64,000 nt of DNA from an uncultured Chloroflexia bacterium (GTDB lineage: Bacteria > Chloroflexota > Limnocylindria > Limnocylindrales > CSP1-4), in the NCBI GenBank assembly GCA_963725745.1, contig CAVRZS010000005.1, positions 25,698 to 89,697 of the forward strand, in the 5' to 3' direction. Below, piece by piece: positions 37,179 through 46,233 of this stretch (the stretch's first letter is position 1; each line of letters begins with the position of its first letter). The position numbers were made by a program, and so were the translations under genes. A model generated the notes under the pieces. That model was not told the DNA's origin. It did not search any database and saw only the letters and a list, made by a program, of their open reading frames with translations.

Positions 37179-39043
37179 TCCTCCGGTGCCCCCCAGGTCT
37201 CGATCAGGTCGGACAGACCCTTGCCCGCCGGCATCATCGGGAACACGTTCTGCTCCTCGGCGATCTCGAACCAGATCAGGGCCGGGCCGTCGACCGCCTG
37301 GGCCGCACGGATGGTGGTGTCCACCTCGTCGGTTGTCGTCGCCTTGAAGGCCGGGATCCCGTACGCCTCCGCGAGCTTGACGAAGTCCGGCCCCGGCAGG
37401 TGCGCCGAGTGGTAGTTGCCGGCGTAGATGATCTCCTGCCACTGGCGGATCATCCCCAGCTTCTTGTTGTCGAGGATGGCGATCTTCACGGGGATCCGGT
37501 CGGCCGCCAGGGTCATCAGCTCCTGGCTCGTCATCTGGAACCCGCCGTCGCCGGTGACGGCCCAGGTCTCGAACTCCGGACGCCCGAGCGCGGCGCCCAT
37601 CGCCGCCGGCACGCAGTAGCCCATCGTGCCCAGGCCGCCCGACGACAGGTGGCTGTTGGGCCGCTGGAACCCGGTGTAGCGGGCGAGCCACATCTGGTTC
37701 TGGCCCACGTCCGCGACGTAGTTCGCGACGTGGCCCGTGAGCTCGCCGATGCGCTCCACGACGAAGTCGGCGGACAGCAGGCCGTCGCGCCAGGCGCCCG
37801 AGCCGTGCCACGAGCTGCCCAGCGACTCGCGCTTCCACTCGGCGATCTCGTCGAGGTAGGCGCGCCGGTCATCGAGCGGCGTCGCCGGGACCAGCGCCGA
37901 GAGGCCCGCCAGGACCCGCCGCGCGTCGCCCACGATGGGCACCTCGACCGCGACGTTCTTGCCGATCTCGGCGGGGTCGACGTCAGCGTGGATGATCCGC
38001 GCGTACGGCGCATAGGTCCGCACGTTGCCGGTCACCCGGTCGTCGAAGCGCATGCCGACCGCGATCAGCAGGTCGGCCGACTGGATCGCCCGGTTGACGT
38101 GCTTCCAGCCGTGCATGCCCATGTAGCCGTAGGCCAGCGGATGGCGCTCGTCGATGGCGCCGATGCCCAGCAGCGTCCAGGCGACGGGAATGCTCGTCTT
38201 CTCGGCGAAGGCGCGCAGCTCCTCGACGCCGTCGGCGATCAGCACGCCGTGACCGGCGAGGATCAGGGGCCGCTTGGCCGCGGCGATCTCGCGGGCGGCG
38301 AGCTTGAGCTGCTTGGGGTGGCCGTCGAGGGTGGGGCGGAAACCCGGCAGACCGGCGACGACGTCGTCGAGCGAGGGATGCTCGGCGCGCGTCTCCTGCT
38401 GCAGCGCGTCCTTCGTGATGTCCACGTGGACGGGGCCGGGGCGGCCGGAGCGGGCGAGGTGGAACGCCTCGGCGACGACGTGCGGGATGTCGTCGGCGTT
38501 CCGGACGAGGTAGTTGTGCTTCGTCATCGGCAAGGTGATGCCGGTGATGTCGATCTCCTGGAACGCGTCCTTGCCGATCAGGGCGCCGGGCACGTTGCCG
38601 GTGATCGCGACCATCGGGATCGAGTCCAGCTGGGCGGTCGCGATCGCCGTCACGAGGTTGGTGGCGCCGGGTCCGCTGGTGCCCATGCACACGCCGACCC
38701 GCCCGCTCGCCCTGGCGTAGCCATCCGCCGCGTGGCCCCCGCCCTGCTCGTGGCGGACCAGGATGTGCCGGATCTCGGGATAGTCGCCGAGGATGTCGTA
38801 GATCGGGAGGATGACGCCGCCGGGGTAGCTGAACAGGACGTCGGTCCCCTGGCGGATGAGCGCCTCCATCAGCGCGTCGGCGCCGATCCTGGTGCGGTTG
38901 CGCGGCCGCGTGTCGCGGAGCATGTCCTTGCGCGCCTGCTCGACCGCCGCCGACTCCGCCGTACCGTCGGCGGGCACGTGGCTGTGCCGGGCAGGCGCGG
39001 TGGCAGGCCCACCTGTCGGCGGCTCGCCTTTCGTCATCGTCAT
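37175..39043 (-). CDS. ilvB: Acetolactate synthase large subunit
   Basis: GADALMEALIRQGTDVLFSYPGG..RHEQGGGHAADGYARASGRVGVCMGTSGPGATNLVT..MVAITGNV..GGLGTMGY..GDGGFQM. ATG at 39043 (or 39037) lies behind GAGAGGGA. The upstream part of the 685-aa track ORF is not ALS-like. Confidence 0.9.
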   Translation of the reverse strand: MTMTKGEPPTGGPATAPARHSHVPADGTAESAAVEQARKDMLRDTRPRNRTRIGADALMEALIRQGTDVLFSYPGGVILPIYDILGDYPEIRHILVRHEQGGGHAADGYARASGRVGVCMGTSGPGATNLVTAIATAQLDSIPMVAITGNVPGALIGKDAFQEIDITGITLPMTKHNYLVRNADDIPHVVAEAFHLARSGRPGPVHVDITKDALQQETRAEHPSLDDVVAGLPGFRPTLDGHPKQLKLAAREIAAAKRPLILAGHGVLIADGVEELRAFAEKTSIPVAWTLLGIGAIDERHPLAYGYMGMHGWKHVNRAIQSADLLIAVGMRFDDRVTGNVRTYAPYARIIHADVDPAEIGKNVAVEVPIVGDARRVLAGLSALVPATPLDDRRAYLDEIAEWKRESLGSSWHGSGAWRDGLLSADFVVERIGELTGHVANYVADVGQNQMWLARYTGFQRPNSHLSSGGLGTMGYCVPAAMGAALGRPEFETWAVTGDGGFQMTSQELMTLAADRIPVKIAILDNKKLGMIRQWQEIIYAGNYHSAHLPGPDFVKLAEAYGIPAFKATTTDEVDTTIRAAQAVDGPALIWFEIAEEQNVFPMMPAGKGLSDLIETWGAPEE

Positions 39044-39096
39044 CCGCTGGGTTCCCTCTCTGTCCAGGCGGCCCCGCGACCTCCCAGACATGCAAA

Positions 39097-39121
39097 GACC
39101 CTCGCCGCCCCGGCGAGGGTC
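39097..39121 (-). terminator. Candidate attenuator terminator in the ilvB leader
   Basis: GACCCTCGCCG-GGG-CGGCGAGGGTC (perfect 11-bp stem), followed on the minus strand by TTTGCATG. It lies 54 nt upstream of the ilvB ATG and 25 nt after the stop of the leader ORF. Confidence 0.45.
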
Positions 39122-39146
39122 CCTTCGGTGTTCGGTGGCCGGCGCC

Positions 39147-39359
39147 TCAGTGGCGCTGGTCCCTCCGCGTTCCTCCGTTCTCCCGCCGGGAGCCGGTAAT
39201 GAGGAGGCCAAGAAGGCCGTCAAGGCCGGCAAGAAGCGAGCGAAGCAGGTCGGGAAGGGATACGTTGCTGGTCGAGAGGTCGCGGAGGGGCACAGAGACG
39301 CGGCGGCCGTCCGTCGTCACGACGACGGCAACGCGATCACGATCTCCGAAGAAGCCCAA
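39147..39359 (-). promoter_or_regulatory. Candidate ilvB leader ORF (70 codons, Val run and Leu/Ile-rich tail)
   Basis: The TTG start follows TAGGAG by 8 nt. Encodes ..RVAVVVTT.. and ..LPDLLRSLLAGLDGLLGLLITG... Of 12 Leu codons, 7 are CTT, which by eye is unusual against the CTG/CTC-dominated neighbours. Ends just before the hairpin. Confidence 0.3.
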
Positions 39360-39401
39360 GCGACCGACTCCTATTGGGGCCCGCCAGTGGCGGGTCCGCG
39401 C

Positions 39402-39431
39402 AGTCTAAACGTCGACACGGTGGTCGCGCAA
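39402..39431 (-). promoter_or_regulatory. Possible sigma-70-type promoter for the ilvB leader
   Basis: Minus strand reads TTGCGC-N18-TAGACT (TANNNT-type -10). It lies about 45 nt upstream of the leader ORF start. Pattern match only. Confidence 0.2.
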
Positions 39432-39503
39432 CTCACCCCCGGCCCGGACGATGGTCCCGTAGCGAAATCCCGGGCAAGGCGTGCCCGATCTCGTTGACAC
39501 GAA

Positions 39504-39526
39504 GAGACCGCCTCAACGGCGGTCTC
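39504..39526 (-). terminator. Hairpin, possible terminator of the small ORF / DUF5317 transcript
   Basis: GAGACCGCC-GTTGA-GGCGGTCTC (perfect 9-bp stem), followed on the minus strand by TTCGTGTC. Confidence 0.35.
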
Positions 39527-39660
39527 GACGCGATGGGATGAGGGCGCATGGCCCGACCATCAGGTCCAGCGCTGCCCGGCCTCGATGACGATGTCCGGGT
39601 GTGGGCGTGCCGGCGAAGCGACGACGACAACGACGGGGAGCGTCCCGTTCGGGGTCATCG

Positions 39661-39750
39661 TCAATACCACCGCATGCCCGCGCCGATGGCCAGGGCCATG
39701 GACGCCAGAAGCGCCGCAGCCCAGGTGAAGCGCGCCAGGTTCGCCTTCAC
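39661..39750 (-). CDS. Possible 29-aa hydrophobic peptide
   Basis: GTG follows AAGGAG by 5 nt. MKANLARFTWAAALLASMALAIGAGMRWY-TGA forms one TM helix, with mostly G/C third positions. Below the length cutoff of the ORF track. Confidence 0.3.
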   Translation of the reverse strand: MKANLARFTWAAALLASMALAIGAGMRWY

Positions 39751-39986
39751 GTCGACTCCTTCGAGCCTGTCCGGTTGGCGTCGCGATCCCGGCAACCGGG
39801 CGGTCTCCGCGAAGGAAGATCCCTGGCTTTGCGTCCCCGGCTCACGCCGGGTTTGCCCTGGACGGTGATCACGGCGGAGACCGATACGGCCTCACTCGCA
39901 GGCTAGGTCGATCGGGTCCGGGGGCGACTCCCCAGAGGTACCGTGCCGAGGCGCCGTTGGAGGGAGGTTCCCCGCGCACCGGGCGC

Positions 39987-40571
39987 TCAGGCGAGGTCGG
40001 GAACGTCTGCCGTGGCGGGGGCGTTGACCTGGGTTTGCGTCCGGCCGGAGCGCATGGCGAGCACGATCACCAGCGCGATGCCCGCCCCGATGAGCACGTC
40101 CCCGACGCTGAACACGTTGGCGAACGGCACCCAGCGCGGCAGGACGAACACGTCCGTCAGGAAGGGCAGCACCGGATCGGGCGACAGCGAGCTGTTCGAG
40201 TACGCCCCGGAGGCAACCGGCGCGGCCCCGCGCAGGGCCACCATCGCGTCGCGTCCGGCGGGCATCCAGCCGCCGTTGGCGAGGATCGCGACCAGGTTGC
40301 ATGCGGCGCCCGCGGCGACCAGGGACATGCCCGGCAGGCGCCAGTTGCGCACGAGGGCGGCGTCCACGAGCAACGTCGAGCCGACGTAGAACAGCGCCCC
40401 CTGATCGCCGACACGCTCGGCCACGAGCGGGGTGAACAGCACCACCTGGACGAGCAGCCCGCCGACGATCGCCGCCGGCCAGCGGATGGTGATCGAGGCC
40501 AGACCGGCGATGCGGCCGCCGAGGAGGACCCCCGTCACGATGCCGATCGCGACGGCGTACAGCAGGAACAT
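39987..40571 (-). CDS. DUF5317-like polytopic membrane protein
   Basis: 194 aa, about 6 hydrophobic segments, ANGGWMP motif. The start overlaps the stop of the upstream GGDEF/EAL gene by 1 nt (TGATG). Confidence 0.7.
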   Translation of the reverse strand: MFLLYAVAIGIVTGVLLGGRIAGLASITIRWPAAIVGGLLVQVVLFTPLVAERVGDQGALFYVGSTLLVDAALVRNWRLPGMSLVAAGAACNLVAILANGGWMPAGRDAMVALRGAAPVASGAYSNSSLSPDPVLPFLTDVFVLPRWVPFANVFSVGDVLIGAGIALVIVLAMRSGRTQTQVNAPATADVPDLA

Positions 40572-43222
40572 CAGGCGAGCTGCCCGGTGAGGGCGCCGTC
40601 CACGACGCCCGTGGGCTCGGCGACCCGACGGATGACCGGCGGGCGCAGGCGTTCGGCCATCTCCTCGCCCGGGATCGCCCGCGCGAACAGGAAGCCCTGC
40701 CCGAGCTCGCAGCCCATCGCCCGCAGCTGGTCGAGCTGATCGGGCTCCTCGATCCCCTCGGCGATGATCCGCAGCCCGAGCGTGCGGCCGAGGGCGATGA
40801 TCGCGTTGGCGAACGCCCAGCCGTCGGGGCCGGACTCGGCGGGGGCGATGAACTCGCGCGCGATCTTGAGGATGTCGACCTTGAACCGGCGCAAATAGCC
40901 CAGCGACGAGTAGCCGGTGCCGAAGTCGTCGACCGCGATCCGCACGCCGAGGTCGCGCAGGGCCGTCAGGCGGGCGATCGTCGTCTGCGTGTCGCTGAAC
41001 ATGACCGTCTCGGTCATCTCCAGCACCAGGCGGGTGGCCGGGAAGCCGGTGGCGCGGAGGACGTCGGTCAGCTCGTCGATGAACGTCTCCTGGGCGAGCT
41101 GGGCCGCCGACAGGTTGACGGTGAGCGAGATCCCCTCACCGTTGCCCGAGCGCCACGGCGCCGCCTCGCGGCACGCCTCGAACAGGACCGCCCGGCCCAG
41201 AGCGAGGATGGCCCCGCTCTCCTCGGCCAGGGGGATGAACTCGTCGGGCTCGACGAACCCCCGCGTCGGATGCTTCCAGCGCGCCAGCGCCTCGACGCCG
41301 AAGGTGACGCCGGTCGCCAGCGACAACACCGGCTGGTAGAACACGTCGATCTCGCCTTCGTCGACGGCGTGCGACAGCTCGGTGGACATCGCGTGCCGAG
41401 CCACGATCGCGGCGTGCATGGTCGGATCGAACACGGCGAACCGGTTCTTGCCGGCCTGCTTCGCGGTGTACATCGCCACGTCGGCGTTGCGCAGCAGGTC
41501 GTCGGCCACCTCCGCGTTGCCGAGGCCAGCGGCGATGCCGATGCTCGCCGAGACCTTGAGGTCCTGGCCGTTGATCGGGAAGGTGACGGCGAACGCGGCG
41601 ATCAGCCGCGCGGCGACGTTGACCGCCACCCCGAGCTCGGGCTCGTCGAGCAGCAGGATCGCGAACTCGTCGCCGCCGAGGCGCGCGGCCAGATCGCCCT
41701 CCCGGATGCACGACCCGACCCGCTCCGCCACGGCGGTCAGCAGGCGGTCGCCGGCGGGATGGCCCAGCGCGTCGTTGACGTCCTTGAAGTTGTCGAGATC
41801 GAGGAACAGGACGACCGCGACCTTGCCCACCGTCCGCTCCTCGAGCGCGGCGTTCACGCGCTCCGCGAACAGGCTGCGGTTGGCGAGCCCGGTCAGCGGA
41901 TCGTGGTAGGCCTGGAACCGAAGCTGCTCCTTGAGCCGGGACAGTTCGGCGAGCGACTGTTCGAGCTGGCCGTTCTCGAGGGCGACGGCCGCCTGGTTGG
42001 CGAGGGTCTCGAGGAGGCGCAGATCGTCCTGCGAGAACGTGGTGCCCTCGGTCAGGCGGTTGGCCACGACCATCGAGCCGATCAGCCCGCCCTCGCCGAG
42101 CAGCGGAGCGGCCATCGCGTTGCGCACCGCCGGTTCGTCTCGATCGGGCGAGATGTGGAGGAACGCCCGGCGCTCGTGGGCCACGCGGCGGTGCAGGCGG
42201 TCGGCGTCGGCGAGCGGCTGCGGCGCCATCATCCTCGGCTCCCGGTCCTGCTCGCAGACCGTCAGCAGACCCTCCTGGCGGCTCTCGTCCCGCGGCCACA
42301 GGAGCACCTCGGCCCGCTCGGCGCGGAACATCTCCCGCGCGTGATCGAGCAACGCCGACAGCGCGGAGTCAAGCTCGGGCGAGTGCTGGAGGATCCGGCT
42401 GGACTGGTAGAGGAGCTCGAGCCGCTCGTGCTTCTCGCGCTCCGAGACGTAGGCGCCGTAGGCGAGGAACACCGTCAGCAGCGGGACCACGAGCAGGGCG
42501 AGCAGCAGCGGGTCGAGCCACAGGACGGACACCGCCAGCAGGGCCAGGCTCGTGTTCGCGATGGCGACCAGCCCCCCGAACTGGATCATCTCCGGCAGCT
42601 TCTCGTACTGCGGGGCACCGCCGGACATCGAGATCGCGGTCGCGATCGTCAGCGCGCTCAGGACCGCGGCCACCGTGGTTGCGGCGAACGCCGCGATCCA
42701 GTCGGTGGGATCTGGGACGGCCTGCGTCGATTCGAGGGCGTAGAACACCGACAGCGCGGCGGCGGCGGTGAACGCGAAGTTGGACAGGTTGAACGCCATC
42801 TTGAGGCGGGGCTGGCCGTGCACCAGGAGCGCGGCGCCCGTCCCGAGCAGCATCGCCAGCAAGTAGTCGGTGGGCGTGAGCAGGAAGAACCCGATCACGG
42901 CCGGGAACTCGCTCAGCGAGAACGAGTGCTTCTCGCGCCGGAAGTGGACGTCGACGACCTTGAGCTCGGCGGCGAAGAAGGCGACCGCCATGACGTACCA
43001 CGGGATCGCGACGGGCGGGGTGAGCGGCGGCTGGTCGCGCAGGAAGGCGACGTAGAGCACCAGCGCGAGGCTGCTCAGGACGACGCTGAACAGGGCGACC
43101 CGGACCGGCGCCGGCACGCGGCGCAGCAGCGTTCGGCCCGCGTCGGCCCAACCCCCGCGCTTGGGGTCGACGACGCGAGCGTTGGGCCCCCGGGCATCGG
43201 CGCCCCGGTCCGCGTCGAGCAT
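40571..43222 (-). CDS. Membrane-anchored GAF-GGDEF-EAL protein (diguanylate cyclase/phosphodiesterase)
   Basis: About 8 N-terminal TM segments, a GAF-like region, RLGGDEFAILL (GGDEF), and an EAL domain (GVEALARW, DDFGTGYSSL, KIAREF, EGIE..Q). Confidence 0.9.
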   Translation of the reverse strand: MLDADRGADARGPNARVVDPKRGGWADAGRTLLRRVPAPVRVALFSVVLSSLALVLYVAFLRDQPPLTPPVAIPWYVMAVAFFAAELKVVDVHFRREKHSFSLSEFPAVIGFFLLTPTDYLLAMLLGTGAALLVHGQPRLKMAFNLSNFAFTAAAALSVFYALESTQAVPDPTDWIAAFAATTVAAVLSALTIATAISMSGGAPQYEKLPEMIQFGGLVAIANTSLALLAVSVLWLDPLLLALLVVPLLTVFLAYGAYVSEREKHERLELLYQSSRILQHSPELDSALSALLDHAREMFRAERAEVLLWPRDESRQEGLLTVCEQDREPRMMAPQPLADADRLHRRVAHERRAFLHISPDRDEPAVRNAMAAPLLGEGGLIGSMVVANRLTEGTTFSQDDLRLLETLANQAAVALENGQLEQSLAELSRLKEQLRFQAYHDPLTGLANRSLFAERVNAALEERTVGKVAVVLFLDLDNFKDVNDALGHPAGDRLLTAVAERVGSCIREGDLAARLGGDEFAILLLDEPELGVAVNVAARLIAAFAVTFPINGQDLKVSASIGIAAGLGNAEVADDLLRNADVAMYTAKQAGKNRFAVFDPTMHAAIVARHAMSTELSHAVDEGEIDVFYQPVLSLATGVTFGVEALARWKHPTRGFVEPDEFIPLAEESGAILALGRAVLFEACREAAPWRSGNGEGISLTVNLSAAQLAQETFIDELTDVLRATGFPATRLVLEMTETVMFSDTQTTIARLTALRDLGVRIAVDDFGTGYSSLGYLRRFKVDILKIAREFIAPAESGPDGWAFANAIIALGRTLGLRIIAEGIEEPDQLDQLRAMGCELGQGFLFARAIPGEEMAERLRPPVIRRVAEPTGVVDGALTGQLA

Positions 43223-43416
43223 CTCGCACTCCGTGCAGCGGCGACCATCGTGCGGACGCCGCCGGATGACGCAGTTCTACGCCCCGTTGCCCGTTGGAAC
43301 CGCGACCCGAAAGTACCCGCGCCCACGGGACCACCCCGCCCGGCCATCTCGGGCCGGGATTGCCGGCCGCGCTGGTACGCTTCTGCCCGAACCGCCGCAC
43401 AGGGCTCAGCGTCGAC

Positions 43417-44859
43417 ATGACAACCGCACGAACACTGGTCGAGAAGATCTGGGACCGGCACGTCGTTGCCGAGGACCCAGGGGCGCCCGCGATCCTCGCG
43501 GTCGACCTCCACCTCGTCCACGAGGTCACCAGCCCGCAGGCCTTCACGGGGTTGCGTGCCCGCGGGCTGCCCGTCCGGCGCCCCGACAAGACCGTGGCCA
43601 CGGCCGACCACTCGACCCCGACCACGCCCCGCGGCCTGCCGATGCTCGATATGCAGGCGGCCGCCCAGATCGGGCAGCTCGAGAAGAACTGCGCGGAGTT
43701 CGGCATCCCGATTCACGCGTTCGGGAGCGACACCCAGGGCATCGTCCATGTCATCGGCCCTGAGCTCGGGCTGACCCAGCCAGGAATGACGATCGTGTGC
43801 GGCGACTCGCACACGGCGACCCACGGCGCGTTCGGGGCGCTGGCGTTCGGGATCGGGACGAGCGAGGTCGAGATGGTGCTGGCCACCCAGACCCTGCTCC
43901 AGCGCCGCCCGAGGACCTACGAGGTGCGCGTCGACGGGCGGCTGGCCCCGGGCGTCAGCGCCAAGGACATCATCCTCGCGTTGATCGCCCGGATCGGGAT
44001 CGGGGGCGGGACGGGCCACGTGTTCGAGTACCGCGGCGAGGCCATCCGCGCGCTGACCATGGAACAGCGGATGACGATCTGCAACATGAGCATCGAGGGC
44101 GGCGCCCGCGCCGGCCTGATCGCGCCGGACGACACCACGTTCGACTACGTCCACGGCCGCCGTCACGCGCCCCAGGGAGCGGCCTGGGACGTCGCGGTCG
44201 AGGACTGGCGCACGCTGCCGACCGACGACGGCGCCCGCTTCGATCGGTCTCTCGTGCTCGATGCCGGCGCGCTCGAGCCGATGGTGACCTGGGGCACGAA
44301 CCCGGGCATGGGGATCGCCGTCACGGGCCGCCTGCCGCGCCCCGAGGACCTGGCCGACGACGCCGCGCGACGCGCAACCGAGCATGCGCTGGAGTACATG
44401 GGCCTCCAGCCGGGGCAGGCGATCGCCGGCCAGCCGGTGGACGTCGTGTTCATCGGGTCGTGCACCAACAGCCGGATCAGCGACCTGCGGCTCGCCGCCG
44501 GCGTCCTCGCCGGACGTCATGCCGCGGACGGCGTACGCCTGATGGTCGTTCCCGGCTCTCAGCAGGTGAAGGCCCAGGCGGAGCGCGAGGGGCTCCACGA
44601 GATCTTCCGCGCCGCCGGCGCCGAGTGGCGCGAGTCCGGCTGCTCCATGTGCATCGCGATGAACGGCGACCAGCTGTCGCCCGGCCAGTACGCGATCAGC
44701 ACGTCCAACCGCAACTTCGAGGGCCGCCAGGGCAAAGGCGGCCGCACGTTCCTCGCGTCGCCACTGACCGCCGCGGCGTCCGCGATCGCCGGCGTCGTCA
44801 CCGACCCCCGGACCCTGCCGGGCATCGAGGCCCCCGCGGCCGTCGGCGGGGGGTACTGA
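43417..44859 (+). CDS. leuC: 3-isopropylmalate dehydratase large subunit
   Basis: [74 protein letters not shown]. Confidence 0.92.
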   Translation: MTTARTLVEKIWDRHVVAEDPGAPAILAVDLHLVHEVTSPQAFTGLRARGLPVRRPDKTVATADHSTPTTPRGLPMLDMQAAAQIGQLEKNCAEFGIPIHAFGSDTQGIVHVIGPELGLTQPGMTIVCGDSHTATHGAFGALAFGIGTSEVEMVLATQTLLQRRPRTYEVRVDGRLAPGVSAKDIILALIARIGIGGGTGHVFEYRGEAIRALTMEQRMTICNMSIEGGARAGLIAPDDTTFDYVHGRRHAPQGAAWDVAVEDWRTLPTDDGARFDRSLVLDAGALEPMVTWGTNPGMGIAVTGRLPRPEDLADDAARRATEHALEYMGLQPGQAIAGQPVDVVFIGSCTNSRISDLRLAAGVLAGRHAADGVRLMVVPGSQQVKAQAEREGLHEIFRAAGAEWRESGCSMCIAMNGDQLSPGQYAISTSNRNFEGRQGKGGRTFLASPLTAAASAIAGVVTDPRTLPGIEAPAAVGGGY

Positions 44860-44860
44860 C

Positions 44861-45490
44861 GTGCCCGAGCCCTATCGCGGCTTCTCGTCCCGCGTCGTCC
44901 CGCTGCCGGCCGAGAACGTGGACACCGACCAGATCGTCCCGGCGCGCTACCTCAAGGTGACCGACAAGGAGGGCCTCGCGGAGGCGCTGTTCCGCGACTG
45001 GCGGTTCGAGGAGGACGGATCGCGCAAGGATCCGCCGTTCGTCCTCGACCGGCCCGGCATGAGCGGCCGCCAGATCCTGCTGGTGGGCGACAACTTCGGC
45101 ACCGGCAGCTCGCGCGAGCACGCCCCGTGGGCGCTCCGGGCGTGGGGCGTGCGGGCCATCCTGTCGACCTCGTACGCCGACATCTTCCGCAGCAACTCGC
45201 TCAAGAACGGCGTGCTGCCGATCGTCGTCGACCAAGCGACCCACCAGCACCTGTTCCGGCTCCTGGCCGACGACCCCGACGCGGAGCTGCGGGTGGACCT
45301 CGCCGAGCAGGGCGTCCTGCTGCCCGACGGCTCGACGATCGACTTCGACATCGACCCGTTCGCCAAGACGATGCTCCTGGCCGGGACCGACGAGATCGGC
45401 TACGTGCTGGGCCACGAGGAGGCGATCACGGCCTGGGAGGCCGCCAACCCGCCGCGCGTGGACACCCGGCTGGGCGCGGCGGCCGGCTGA
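44861..45490 (+). CDS. leuD: 3-isopropylmalate dehydratase small subunit
   Basis: VDTDQIVPARYLK..ILLVGDNFGTGSSREHAPWAL...GVRAILSTSYADIF..N. The GTG start lies 1 nt after the leuC TGA. Confidence 0.92.
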   Translation: MPEPYRGFSSRVVPLPAENVDTDQIVPARYLKVTDKEGLAEALFRDWRFEEDGSRKDPPFVLDRPGMSGRQILLVGDNFGTGSSREHAPWALRAWGVRAILSTSYADIFRSNSLKNGVLPIVVDQATHQHLFRLLADDPDAELRVDLAEQGVLLPDGSTIDFDIDPFAKTMLLAGTDEIGYVLGHEEAITAWEAANPPRVDTRLGAAAG

Positions 45491-45522
45491 CGCTGGTCCC
45501 TCCGCGACGGCGTGGGGAACCG

Positions 45523-46176
45523 ATGACGCCGGCACGCCGTCTGCGGGCCATGACCCAGATCGTCGGCCGCGCGAGTTCCGTCCTTGCGTCCCTCGCCCTC
45601 GTCGCCGTCCTGCTTGCCGGCTGCACGTCGGGTGGCGCGGCACCGTCGGCCTCCGTCTTCCCCGGCGGGTCCCCCGACATCGGCTCCGCCCCCACCCCGG
45701 TCCCGGGATCGAGCACCGCTTCGCCCGGGCTGCCGGGCGGCGGTGGCGCTGACGGCCCCGCGTCCGGTGGCGGCTCCAGCCCGAATCCCGCGACGGGCTC
45801 GGGCGGGGCTCCCGGATTCGCCGACCCGGGCCAGCCGGCGCCGACCATCGTGACGCCCGGCAGCGGCCTGAGCGGTGTCCACCCGGTCGGGGCGACCAGC
45901 ATCGAGACCGCGGTCAACGGCCGCGACCTGGCCGTCCGGGTGGCGTGGTGGAGCGGCGTCGAGCCGTGCACCGTGCTGTCGGGCGTCGACGTCGCCCAGG
46001 ACGGCAGCACGTTCACCCTCACGGTGCGCGAGGGCAGCGCCGCCCCGCCGGATACCGCGTGCATCGACATCGCGCAGTACAAGGCCAGCATCGTGGACCT
46101 CGGCGAGCTCGAACCCGGGACGTACACGATCGCAGCGTTCGGCGACGCGGCACCGGTCACGGTGACGATCGACTGA
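45523..46176 (+). CDS. Hypothetical lipoprotein
   Basis: Signal peptide with a lipobox (LLAGC), a Gly/Ser/Pro-rich linker, then a roughly 100-aa Cys-containing domain. Alternative ATG at 45553. Confidence 0.6.
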   Translation: MTPARRLRAMTQIVGRASSVLASLALVAVLLAGCTSGGAAPSASVFPGGSPDIGSAPTPVPGSSTASPGLPGGGGADGPASGGGSSPNPATGSGGAPGFADPGQPAPTIVTPGSGLSGVHPVGATSIETAVNGRDLAVRVAWWSGVEPCTVLSGVDVAQDGSTFTLTVREGSAAPPDTACIDIAQYKASIVDLGELEPGTYTIAAFGDAAPVTVTID

Positions 46177-46233
46177 CCCGGCTGGGCCGGTTGGTCCGCC
46201 GCACGCATCCACCACTGCCCCGATACTCCGACG

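Noticed and set aside
34560-37415. 951-aa plus-strand ORF
   Set aside because: It is antisense to leuA, ilvC and ilvN, has low-complexity R/G/D/L composition and shows no recognisable domain.
38856-39497. Lys-rich plus-strand frame (..NEEAKKAVKAGKKRAKQVGKG..) and the Arg-rich ORF at 39199-39408 in the ilvB upstream gap
   Set aside because: There is no ATG with an RBS in the Lys-rich frame; only a distant GTG lies inside sequence antisense to ilvB. The AAG run is the mirror image of the CTT Leu codons of the minus-strand leader ORF, which does have TAGGAG-N8-TTG. The Arg-rich ORF has junk composition.
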